Source of the DNA: Patescibacteria group bacterium
Lineage (GTDB): Bacteria; Patescibacteriota; Patescibacteriia; UBA9570; JAHJKD01
Assembly (NCBI GenBank): GCA_041660885.1
Contig: JBAZVM010000008.1
Coordinates: 7,537 to 71,536 of the forward strand
Direction: 5' to 3'
DNA length: 64,000 nucleotides
This document shows, piece by piece, positions 15,915 to 27,000 of the stretch. Made by a program: the position numbers and the translations under genes. The notes below the pieces were generated by a model. It was given only the letters and a program-made list of their open reading frames with translations. It searched no databases and was not told the DNA's origin. Each line of letters starts with the position of its first letter. The first letter of the stretch is position 1.

Positions 15915-18900
15915 TTATTTAAACGGCTCCCAGCGATAAACTTCTTTTCCCTTGCCATTAATAATGGCGATAATTTTTTTATTTCTTATCTTCAAGCGAT
16001 AATCTCGGCGAATGTATTTATACATGCTTCGTTTCAACAAATGGAATTTATTATCCTCAATATTAAAGCTGTAAGCTTTTAGGTATATGGAAGAACCGCG
16101 CTTGGAAGAGACTACCACTTCTTCGGTGTTCTTTGTGGTATTCAAGTTTCCCACGGCCATTCTTCTCCAATGCAACTTGGGAGATAATCTTTTTGATGTG
16201 ATTAAAGTGCCAAGAGTGTCATAAACGCGCACAGACGAACCAGAGCGCTTTTTTACGGCAAAAACATAAATGTCGTTTTTGATTTCGGCTAATCTGGGAA
16301 GTACCCCGCCCACATGGAAAGCTTCCCAGCTGGCCATTAGCAGATGATCTTGGTTGAATAAACGGATTATACCCCTTCCCTTGTTAGTGCCCGTGCTGTA
16401 ATGCACTATTTCGCTGTCGGAATCATCGTCTGGCTCGGTTACGGAAACCAACACGGCATTGCTTTGGGCGGTTAAACTTCCGGAGTCTGTGGCAACAAAG
16501 TACACTTCCTCCGTACCAATATAATCTTCACTGCTGGTCATGGTAACTTCTCCATTGCTAACGGTAATTGTAATATCCGTATTACCGGTGACGGAATAAG
16601 ATAAGATAGGATCTTCCGCGTCTGAAAAATAACTATCTAAGTCAAAAACATTAGCTACGGTATCGCCGGCAAAAAATGAAACGCTTGAAAGTGACCCGGA
16701 AAAGGTCGGAGCGGTATTGGTTTCATCAATAGGGGCGGCGGTGTTATCCAGCGCGAAAGCCGCGCTCTCCACGGCCGTTCCAATGTCGGTGCCGTCGTAT
16801 GGCGTAATGCGTATTAGCGCGTCGGGCACATCTGCCGCAGGTTCATCAGTCATGGAATTCCATATAGACGAAACCGTGTTCGCGCCACTTGATGTTAAAA
16901 TATATCCCGCAGCCTCACCAATGGGATAGGCATTTGTATTATCTATTTCCGGATCGCCAAAGGTGGCCGTGGTATTATCGTCGGTTGTAGAAATAGTAGC
17001 TTTTTCCCAGCCCGCGCCGATATTATACTCTACAAGAGCTTCTACGGTGTCGTCATCGTCTGCGTCGTCCGCTTGAAAAGAAAAGGATACATCTCCGCTA
17101 TCATCCGCTACTTGAGAAGCGGTAACAGAAGCGGCTGTGGGCGCGGTATTTGCCGGACCGCCGCCGCCATCAAACGTAAACGCTACTTTCCCAACAGTTG
17201 GAGTATCAAAAGGATCGTCGGTATATAAAGTTGCAGCTAAATCCAAAGTGGCAGTGACGCCTGCATCAAAGCCTCCGCTGGCTGCCCAATCAGTGTTGAC
17301 CAAAGCGCTCATTTCCGTACTATCCATTTGGTTATTGGCGCCCGCTGCCACGGCCGCGGAAATGGCCGCGCTTTTATTGTTCGGAGATGCCGCTGTCCAA
17401 ACGCTGGCGTTATCGCGATAATACCAATTTCCTTCCGTGCCGCCATGATCTGAATTTTTATTGGAAGCGATGGCTCTCCATGAACCCCAAACTTTATAGC
17501 TGTCTCCGCCATCAAAGGAAACCGAGTAATACGCGTGCTGCCCGTTTAAAGTTTCCGTAACAGTAGCGGCATCTATACTTGTTTTTGCCGAAACATCCAA
17601 TTGGCTGGTGGCATTGGAACTGAAAGTAAAGTAAGTATCAGCCGGAACACCGTCTGGAATTACTTTATCCAGAGTTTGATTCCAAGTATCCCCCACCCAA
17701 GCTGCGCCATCCGCGTCAAAAATTAATGAGTCGGCGTATTCCACGGTGTTTGATTTTTCTTTTTTCAGCCTGCCGTTTGTCGGATCCACAATAGAAAAAG
17801 AACCTTCTTCGTCTTGCACTGTCCAAATTTCATTTCGAGCGGTATTCACTTGAACATCCAATGGATGCTGCCCCACTTCATAAAGCCCCATGGGTTCGCC
17901 GTCGGAAGTTCTGACGGCCGTAAGAAAACCGATTTCTACCGCGCTTAATAACGCACCGTCGACAGTCCAAAGCATGTCTCTGGTCGAATCATAAATGGTT
18001 TCATCCGCCCATTCATAGATTATTGGCAATGGATACTTACTATCAGTTACAGTACCATTGGCAAAAGCAGTATCGTGAACTTTCACCATATAACCGTAAT
18101 AATTCCATGTTGCCCAAATATCTTCGTGCGTTGAATCGTAAGTAATAGCGTTGATTGCTGCATCGGGGTCAAGCGTGGTATCTAACGACCCGTCGCTCGG
18201 GTCATACTGCAATAAAGTATCATCAAAATAAGATCCCACCCAAATGGCATCGTGTGCCACATCATATCCAACAGTAATTGGCATATTACTCGCGGCAAAA
18301 GTGCTGGCTCCAATGGTGCCAAAATGATAACTGCCGGTATCGGCATCAACAACTGTTATCGTATCATCATCGTAATTGGCTATCCATAAATTGTTTCTAC
18401 TGGAATCTAAAGCAATACCACGCGGGTCATTGCCCACGGCAGTGGTAATTAAAGTGGAAGTCGCAACATCCAAAATATTTACCGTATTATCAGCGGCGTT
18501 AGGAAAAAATATGTGTTCCCTGGTGGCATCAGCGGTCTTCGCGTATATTTCCGTATCAACAAATTGTTCCACATTAATAAAATCGTCGTTTAGCTTAACA
18601 GTGCCGTCTTGATTTTCCATACAAGTTATAGAATCAACAGTTATTTCTCCATCCAATAGAGCCAATTCATCGTAAATATCCAACGGCAAAATATTGTCTC
18701 TTGTTAGTTCCGCGCTATAACCAAGTGTGGCTTCATCAACTACTTGAACAAAAGTATAGACTGTTCCGCCGATATCTATTTTGCATCCCGGTTTTATTTT
18801 AGAAGCAGTAAGATCTATATAGATACTATTGTTATAATCATCCATGTCATGGTAAAAACTTACCAGCCCGTTTCCCCAAGGATAAAACGCACCAATGGTA

Positions 18901-20987
18901 GTGCTGGTAGTATCTTTAATATCTTCCTCGTCAAAATCCGAGATTTGTTCAAATTCAAATGCCGTAGTCGCGGTATCGTCATCCTGGTTTTTCACAGCTA
19001 CATCATCTGGATTGATACCGTTAAAACGCGTATCAGTAGAAGAAGTTGAACCAAGTTGAATGGTATAAGAAACTAGACCGTCGTTATCAGCATCATTTTG
19101 CCCGGTCACTGTTACGGTTTGCTCGGTTTCCCAATTGGCCGAGGTGAAAGTTAATAGCGCGGTGGAAACCGTTCCTTCGCTGGTGTCCGAACTGACCACG
19201 GGGATAGTAACATCATTTTGCGGACGGCTGGTTAAATAAACAGTGAATGTAGCCGTATCACCGTCTTCCGATGTTTCGCTGCTGATTTCAGAAACATAGA
19301 TTTCAATACTTTCCGAAAAATCGATATTCGTGTTTCCACTAATATCCACACAGCGCAAGCGGCAATCAAATTCCGCGCTGGTATTATTAATGTCGGTAAG
19401 GGCGGCATCAAAAAATAACACATCACCATCAAAATGTAATTCCGCCGGGGTGCCTGATGAAGTGCTGTAAACCGGCAGCCTGGTGCTGCGCGTAATGCCA
19501 TCCGTGGAAGAAACGCCAAGCCCGATTACTGCCTCGCGCGTAAATGTTTGCGTGTCGCCGGCGCCGAATTGGATATATCCGGTATAATCAGAATAATCTC
19601 TGGTAAAATTATAGAATGTATTATCTCCGGTAATAACATGGTTATTATGAGTTTGAGTGGAAAACTGCGCGAGGACAACCGTTCCTTCATTGGCATCGAA
19701 AGTTCCGCCGTTGTTATCCCAGTTTTCTCCCAATAACGTGGTCTCCGCTGCAGTATAAGTTCCTCCAACATTTAAGGTTAAATCCTTATAGAATCTCATA
19801 CTTGAATAAGTATCGCTGTCTATTTCTCCGGCATTAAGAGTCACGTCACCTTGAAATCCCATTGTGCCTTGAATTGTGGCGTTTGGATTATCCAAAATCA
19901 ACCCGGGAAGAAAATCTCCGCTCTCGGCTAGTGTAATGGTTTGAGTGGATGTTCCTGTCCAATGAATTATTCCGTCTCCTCCGTCGAAATCGTCTGCCCC
20001 GGTATTATTAATAGTGGTTTGTGCTTCGATGGTTCCGGTATAAACAGCGCCATCGGTTAAAGTTAAAACTCCTTCCGCCACTAAAGTGTCCCCTGTGGCA
20101 ATAGTGACTCGACGGAGGCTGGTTGTTTTATGAACTATAATATTATTCAATGTCAGGCTGGTGTTGACATCAGCGCCCGTATTGGAAGTTCCGCTGAATT
20201 CCAAAGTGCCGCCGTTATCATCGAAAGTTACCCCGCTCTGAACCGTAAGGTCGCCAGACAAAGTAAGCGTGCCTGATGTGGAAGTAAATGTACTGCCAGT
20301 ATTCAAAGTTAACGGACCTGTATCGGATATGGATTGCGTGGCGCCGGTAAAAGTTCCTCCATTTTGCACAAAACCGCTGGTACCAACGGCTAAAGTAGCC
20401 GCTTGGGTTATAACGCCACCATAATCTGAATCAATGGTAATCCCTGCAATCGTAACCGCTGTATTAATGGTGACACTTTTACTTGAAGTAGTGCCATCAA
20501 AAACTACGGTATCGGTTGTAAGCGGTGCCGTATTCAAATCCCAATTCTCCGGAGTGTTCCAGTTATTGTCTATTCCTCCGCCATCCCAAGTTTTAACGGC
20601 CGCGCTAGCGGACTTGGTAAACCAAGGAGTTCTATAAAAAGTCACGGCGGAAAAATCAGCGATGTATATTAAAGCGATAATGGCTAAGCCAAAACATAAA
20701 GCGTACGCTTGCACGCTTTCTTTTAGTTGAAGATGTTTATGATAAGAATGTTTATATGTGCCATTTCTGTGCCGTTTGGCTTCAAAATGAAAACTGCGAT
20801 AAGAGCTTAAAAAAAGCAGGCTGAAAGCCTGCGCAAAAGTATAAAAACAAACTAAAGGAAACAAAAGGAGCTTATGAAAAAAACCAAGAGCCGGTATTCT
20901 TTTTTTTTCAGTGCTTTTTTTAATAAAGTACGGAATCCTTTTCATAAATTTTTTAAAATACAAAAAATTATGCTCATATTTTAACAT
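15915..20987 (-). CDS. Giant surface protein paralog 1 (1690 aa; likely true start ATG 20945)
   Basis: An uninterrupted ORF. It carries the shared N-terminal module (from MKRIPYFIKKS...) and a W-DGGG..NW..NW start. Next come beta-helix-like T/G-rich repeats and a Ca/cadherin-like segment. YVTN/NHL-like propeller repeats follow (NLWIANYDDDTITVVD, DAIWVGSYFDDTLLQYDP, NEIWTVQDEEGSFSIVDP). It ends with the shared C-terminal domain. Confidence 0.8.
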   Translation of the reverse strand: MLKYEHNFLYFKKFMKRIPYFIKKSTEKKRIPALGFFHKLLLFPLVCFYTFAQAFSLLFLSSYRSFHFEAKRHRNGTYKHSYHKHLQLKESVQAYALCFGLAIIALIYIADFSAVTFYRTPWFTKSASAAVKTWDGGGIDNNWNTPENWDLNTAPLTTDTVVFDGTTSSKSVTINTAVTIAGITIDSDYGGVITQAATLAVGTSGFVQNGGTFTGATQSISDTGPLTLNTGSTFTSTSGTLTLSGDLTVQSGVTFDDNGGTLEFSGTSNTGADVNTSLTLNNIIVHKTTSLRRVTIATGDTLVAEGVLTLTDGAVYTGTIEAQTTINNTGADDFDGGDGIIHWTGTSTQTITLAESGDFLPGLILDNPNATIQGTMGFQGDVTLNAGEIDSDTYSSMRFYKDLTLNVGGTYTAAETTLLGENWDNNGGTFDANEGTVVLAQFSTQTHNNHVITGDNTFYNFTRDYSDYTGYIQFGAGDTQTFTREAVIGLGVSSTDGITRSTRLPVYSTSSGTPAELHFDGDVLFFDAALTDINNTSAEFDCRLRCVDISGNTNIDFSESIEIYVSEISSETSEDGDTATFTVYLTSRPQNDVTIPVVSSDTSEGTVSTALLTFTSANWETEQTVTVTGQNDADNDGLVSYTIQLGSTSSTDTRFNGINPDDVAVKNQDDDTATTAFEFEQISDFDEEDIKDTTSTTIGAFYPWGNGLVSFYHDMDDYNNSIYIDLTASKIKPGCKIDIGGTVYTFVQVVDEATLGYSAELTRDNILPLDIYDELALLDGEITVDSITCMENQDGTVKLNDDFINVEQFVDTEIYAKTADATREHIFFPNAADNTVNILDVATSTLITTAVGNDPRGIALDSSRNNLWIANYDDDTITVVDADTGSYHFGTIGASTFAASNMPITVGYDVAHDAIWVGSYFDDTLLQYDPSDGSLDTTLDPDAAINAITYDSTHEDIWATWNYYGYMVKVHDTAFANGTVTDSKYPLPIIYEWADETIYDSTRDMLWTVDGALLSAVEIGFLTAVRTSDGEPMGLYEVGQHPLDVQVNTARNEIWTVQDEEGSFSIVDPTNGRLKKEKSNTVEYADSLIFDADGAAWVGDTWNQTLDKVIPDGVPADTYFTFSSNATSQLDVSAKTSIDAATVTETLNGQHAYYSVSFDGGDSYKVWGSWRAIASNKNSDHGGTEGNWYYRDNASVWTAASPNNKSAAISAAVAAGANNQMDSTEMSALVNTDWAASGGFDAGVTATLDLAATLYTDDPFDTPTVGKVAFTFDGGGGPANTAPTAASVTASQVADDSGDVSFSFQADDADDDDTVEALVEYNIGAGWEKATISTTDDNTTATFGDPEIDNTNAYPIGEAAGYILTSSGANTVSSIWNSMTDEPAADVPDALIRITPYDGTDIGTAVESAAFALDNTAAPIDETNTAPTFSGSLSSVSFFAGDTVANVFDLDSYFSDAEDPILSYSVTGNTDITITVSNGEVTMTSSEDYIGTEEVYFVATDSGSLTAQSNAVLVSVTEPDDDSDSEIVHYSTGTNKGRGIIRLFNQDHLLMASWEAFHVGGVLPRLAEIKNDIYVFAVKKRSGSSVRVYDTLGTLITSKRLSPKLHWRRMAVGNLNTTKNTEEVVVSSKRGSSIYLKAYSFNIEDNKFHLLKRSMYKYIRRDYRLKIRNKKIIAIINGKGKEVYRWEPFK

Positions 20988-21013
20988 ATAATGCTAATTT
21001 TGTGTAGAGGAAA

Positions 21014-24000
21014 TTAAAATGGTTTCCAGCGGTAGACTTCTTTGCCCTTACCGTTGAGGACTACGATGACATTCTGATCCTCTATCTGCAAACGATAATC
21101 TTTGCGCACATATTTGAATTTAGATCTCTTTTCTAAAGTGAAATGATGCGAATCCGGATTAAAACTATAAATTTTAAAGTATATTGAAGAAGCGCGCTTG
21201 GTGGCGATGGCGGTTTCTTCGGTGTTAATTCTTCCGTCTAAATCTCCGATAGCTATTTTTCTCCAATGTAATTTTGGGGATAATCTTTTTTTGGCTAATA
21301 ATCTTCCTCTTATAGTATAAGCGTGCAAAGTGGTGCCTGATCTTTTCTTAATGGCAAAGATGTAAGAATTATTTTTAATGGCGGCCAAACGAGGTATAAC
21401 TCCACCCACTCCGAAAGCCTGCCATGATGTTATCAGTTCGTTATTTTTAGTCCAAACTTTTATTATTCCTCTTCCCCTGTTGGTTCCGGTGATATGATCA
21501 ATATCGCTTTCCGTAAACTTTGAAACTGTTACTATTATGGCATTGCTGGTGGCGGTTTCTCCGGAAGGATCTTCAGCTATAAAATTCATGGCTTCTTGGC
21601 CGGAATAATTATTATCCGTTTCCATGGTAACTATTCCTTCTTCAATATTAACGGTTATTTCCTCGTTGCCCGTTGCCGAATAAGTTAGAACATCTCCTTC
21701 GGCATCGGCAAAGTAATCGTTCAGGTCAAACAGCGCGGCCGTGGTTATGCCGGAATAGAAAGAAACATTAGGCAGAGAGCCGACAAAGTAAGGAGGCGTA
21801 TTGGTTTGTTCAGAAACATTATTTACGGTGATATCCAAAGTATGAGAAACCGTGTTTTCCGCGTCAGTCGCGTCGAAACGCACTTGATAAGTGCCCGCGT
21901 CATCGGCGCCGGTGTGCCAAGTAAAGGTGCCGGATTTATTTCCATGATCAGTGAAGAGTTCATTAATATTACTTAAATTTCCCAGCATATCTACTGCGTC
22001 TAAAGTAATAGCGGAACTGTCCACATCAGCGGCTGTGATAGGCAATACGATAGTATCTCCTTCGTCTACTGTTACGCTGTCGTTGATGTCGGTGACGAAA
22101 GTGGGAGCATCGTTGCTGGCGGTGACATGAATGGTAATTTGGTCTACGCCGGAATCCACGGTTCCGTCGTTTACCGTTAAGCTATAAACGCAATCGTAGC
22201 TAGATTCTTTATTCAAGAGAGTAACGGTTGGCGTGGCGCTGGTGTTGTTATCTAAGCTGCAACCATCTCCGCTGTCAGATACTTCCGTCCACGCGTAGGT
22301 AATAACATCTCCGGTATCTACATCAGAACCAGTTCCACTTAAAGCAACAGATCCGGCAGACTCGTTTGTATTAATATCAACGCCGGCATCAGCTATTGGC
22401 GTATCATTAACCGGATCTACGGTTAAAGTAATGTCATTACTGTCTACCGTAGCTAAACCGGTATCCGTGCATCTGAATTTTACAGTCTGGTTGCCGTTGT
22501 AATTTGCGTCCGGTGTGAAAGATACTTTATTATCACCGTCTATGCTTACGGTAATGTTGGCGGGGTCTGTTGGTACGGTATAGGTGCAGCTGTCTCCGGG
22601 GTCGATATCAGTGAAGTAAGTGTCTAAATCAAAAGCATTGGTTTTGGTGGTGTCTTCGTCCCAAGCCATAACAGAAATAATACCGGCAAAAGTCGGGGCA
22701 TCATTAACATTGGAAACATTCACGGTGATGGAATTGGAAGCAGTGGAAGCGCTGCCTAAGTCTTCACAAGAGAATTGGATAGTGTCTGTGCCAGTGGCAT
22801 TGGCTAATAAGGTAAAGTCTATGGTTTGATCTCCGTTAATAGTCATGGTGCCTAATGCTGCGGCTAAATCATTGGTAGCAGTGCAAGTGTATAGGTCGTT
22901 ATCATTCCAATCAGCATCAGAGAAGTAAGTGTCTAAATCAAAAGCATTTGGCGTATTTACATCTTCTGTTAAATTTTGAGTGGGTATACTGCTATCTAAA
23001 GCAGGTGATGTGTTTAGAGTAGTAAAATTGGTGCAAGAAGAATAACTGGAATCGCCACTGGTTTGATCATCGCTATAGCGTACTTTGAAAGAATATTGCG
23101 TGTGTCCTTTAAGATCTGTTTTACCCGCATGGCTGTTTTGGAAAGAACCATCGGTAGAATCAATATCTATGCTGGTTAAGTTTGTTCCGCTGTCTTCTTT
23201 TTGCCAAATAGCTGAACCGGAACAATCAGAAGATTCATAAACATACCAATCACTGGATGTGTGCGGATCTGAATCAGAGTCGCTAAAGGCTGATGCGGTT
23301 AAAGTGGCATTCTTGCTTTGGTCTGTGGCGCCATTGATTGGTAAAGAGTTGGTTGGCGTAGGGGGAACATTATTAGCTGCCGAGGTAAAGTTTACCGGGG
23401 TGGACCAATCTGAATCTCCACCCGGAGAGGCGTATCTAACGCAAGCGTAATAACTGGTGTTGGCTGTTAATCTTGTTTTTCCTGCTAATGCTCCTGAGAA
23501 GGTACCATTGGTGCTGTTAGCTGTTATGCTGGTTTTGTTTACGGCATCATTATCTTTAGACCAAACAATATTGCTAACGCAAGAATTGCTGGTGGAGATA
23601 GTCCAATCAGAGCTTTGGTGTTCGCCATAACCGCTGTAAGCGCTGCCGCTCATAGCCGGAGTCCTAGTTGAATCGCTCATGGTTAGGGTAGGAGCATTGG
23701 CTGTGGCATCGTATTCCAGAGTAATACTGTCTAGTTCCACTTCTTCCGTGGTATCGGAGATTAAGAAAGCTTTAAAGTAGAAGTCTCCGGTGCCAATTTC
23801 AGAAGGAAAATTAATTAAATAGGCGTTTACTTGCTCAATCGTATTGTATTGAGAAGGCTCACTCGTTACCGCTGTCCAAGCCGCGCCATTATGGTAGTAC
23901 CAGTCTGTGCCATTATCGGAAATATTATAGCCGATGGATCCTTCTACCGTTCCGGTTGTCGCGCTTATGCCTAATAAATTGGTATAAGTGGGGTGCGTGC

Positions 24001-27000
24001 CGGCTAAAGACGGAGAAACCGTGATATCAGAGAAAGTAGAATTGTTTTCAATGCCACCGGGAACGAGAGTGGGTTCAATGGTGGCGTATTTGCGGATTCT
24101 AAAATTATCTATCTTGGCACCGGTTGAAGTTTCATAATTATATAAACCAACATATCCCGAAGTCCAAGTGGCTTCAGTATAAGAATTAGATGCTACTAAG
24201 GCGGTTTTTTCCTGATCAGTATAATATTTCGTATTAAGAGTTGTTCCGGAAAAAATTTCACTCATATACATCCAGACATTGTCGGAAAATGTATAATCTT
24301 TAGAATTAAGGATGCCACCCCACCCAGCGGATACACGATGATGAAAATAATTAGTATTAACCGGATGTCTTTTAATACTAACATCAACATTATCCGCATT
24401 GTTTTTTGCCTGAGAACGATGCATCATGCCATTGTCCATCGTGGTGTGGGCATAAAGATCATAATCCATGGCGTAATTAGTAAATGAAGAAGCAGAATCA
24501 GCCATAATAAAATTATAACCAGCGCCGCTAACATAATTTAATGTACCGCCTGTCGTATCAAAAGTTCCGGCAATAGCCACCCACTTGCTTAAGTCACCGC
24601 TAAAATCGTCGAAAAACTCAAACGTGTCCGTGCCACTACTAGCACTGCTCACGCCGGCATTGCCATAATACATATATATATTCGCGGAAGAGGAGGCGCC
24701 AACGCTTGGTACTTCCACCCAGAAATAAGCTCTGGTGGAATCAGTTTTACTTTCCAACCAATAGTCTATTAATGATGTGCCATTTGAAGAGGTAAATCTG
24801 ATGTCATCAAAATCCGCTTGCATATCAGCATCGTAACTAACTGGAATACGCACCTGATAGTTGGTAAGCTCAGAAGCCGTATTATTAAACACGGTAAATA
24901 TTTGCCTTTTAGACCAATCGGCCAAAGCAATACTGGATTCTTCGGTCCAAGCAATTATTGGTTCACTAGAAACATTCTGACGGACACGGAAATCATCAAA
25001 ATAAGCAGCGGCTGTACCCGTATTATATGTCGCCATTCCAACATAACCGCTATTATTGGTTGTAGCTGTGTCCGCGACACTCCAACCTCCGGAATCGGGT
25101 GTATTAAGAATCCAGCTCTTGCCGCGTATATTATTTCCTTCTATTTGAAACCGCCAATTCCACCATTCGCCAGTTGCTTGCGCGGTTGTCGTAGAAGCCT
25201 TCCACACAATATTTTCATCTAACAATTGGAGTGTTGTTGATGCAACATGCGCAGTAAGTGCATATTCCCTGGAGCTACTTGTTGTAAGAGCATTCCCCCT
25301 TCCTAGAAGATAGATATGCGAATCACCTCCGCCAACCGTTGAAAGATTAACTTTTGCATCTATAATCGTATCTGTAACGCTTAATAATGAGCCATCTACA
25401 TTTGCGAGCACTTTGTCGATCGTTCCGGAGCTAACATCCGGTCTATATAAGGTATTACTAGAAATTTGCCAATTGCCGTCTCCATATTCACTCCAATCCG
25501 CACCTAGACTAGTTGAATCATCGCGATTAAAGTCATCAAAGAAAATAAATGTATTATCGCCGCTAGAGCCGCTTGAAACAGTCGCATTCCCATAATACAT
25601 ATATATGGTAGCCGATGAAGAAGCGGAAATAGTCGGCACTTCCACCCAAACAACGGCTCTGCTGGAATCGGTTTTACTTTCCAGCCAATAGTCTATTTCT
25701 GTTGTACCGTTAGAGGTAGTAAATCTTAAATCATCAAAATCCGCTTGCATGTCGGCATCATATAAAACATCTAGTTTCACTTGATAATTTGTAAGTTCAG
25801 ATGCAGTGGCATTAGTGACGGTAATTTCTTTGCGTTTTGTATAGTTGAGCAAAGGCGCTCCTTTATATACTCCGGCGCCTTGATCTTTTAATCTGGCTAA
25901 ACTATTGCTGGAAGCGTCTAACTCCACATAAGTATTGTTATAATCATAATTATCTCCGACAACAGCTTCATTAAAATGCCAAGTGGCATCAGTAGATGGA
26001 TAATCATATTCCGTGGTAAAGGTCACTGAACCCCAATCGCTGTCTCCTGCGTCGTTGGTATAGCGCACGCAAGATTTGTATGTTGTGTTATTTGATAAGC
26101 CAGCACCAACCGTGATAGAAGTAAGATTAACCGCGTCGTGTTCCGATTCCCAAACAGCCGCATCACTGCACGTGTCGGTGGAGGCGACGATTTTCCAATC
26201 AGTAGTATTATGCGTTATATCCGACACATAAGCGGAACCCGTCATTGTCGGCGTTAGGCTGTTGTTATAAGAATTATTCAAGGGGCTTGAAAATGAAGGT
26301 GTGTCCGCGACAGATACTTCAATTAATGAAGAAGTTCCAGCTTCCCCAGCATATCCAGTGGTTCCGGCAATCACGCTTAAGGAGCCACCATAGGAATCAT
26401 CGCTAGTGGATATATAAATGCGTCCACCGCCACCGGCGCCGGCATTGGCGGTTTGCGCGCTAGAACCATTCGTCGTAATGTTGGCGCTTCCGGTGAGTGA
26501 TCCGGTTATAGCCGCCCAAACAGAGCCTCCGGAACCGCCTCCATAGTTACTGCTAGATCCGCTGTAATCTGATCCACCGTTGGCGCTGATCGTGCCGCCT
26601 ACGCTCATATTTCCACCGACGGTAAGTTTTACCGCGCCGCCGCCGGAAGATCCATAATTGGAAGCCGTGCTTCCCATGCCTCCTGAACCGATATTGGAAG
26701 GAGCAGTTTCCGAGCCGTATGTGGCGCCACCAGTGTCTCCACCGTCTGAAGTGTTTCCTCCGCGGCCGCCGTATCCGCCGCCGGATCCATAAGTGCCGGC
26801 ATCATGGCCATGGCCATCGCCATAGCCGCCGTTATAACCTTTTCCATCCACATTAATCGTTCCGGTTGCTCCAATAGTAGCGTCTCCTGTTGTGGTGTAA
26901 ACAATTTTATATGTTTCCGCGGTAGTATTCTTCGATGTGGTCATTGTGCCATCAACATCCAAAGAATTTATTGATCGAGTTGTGTCGGCATATAGTATTG

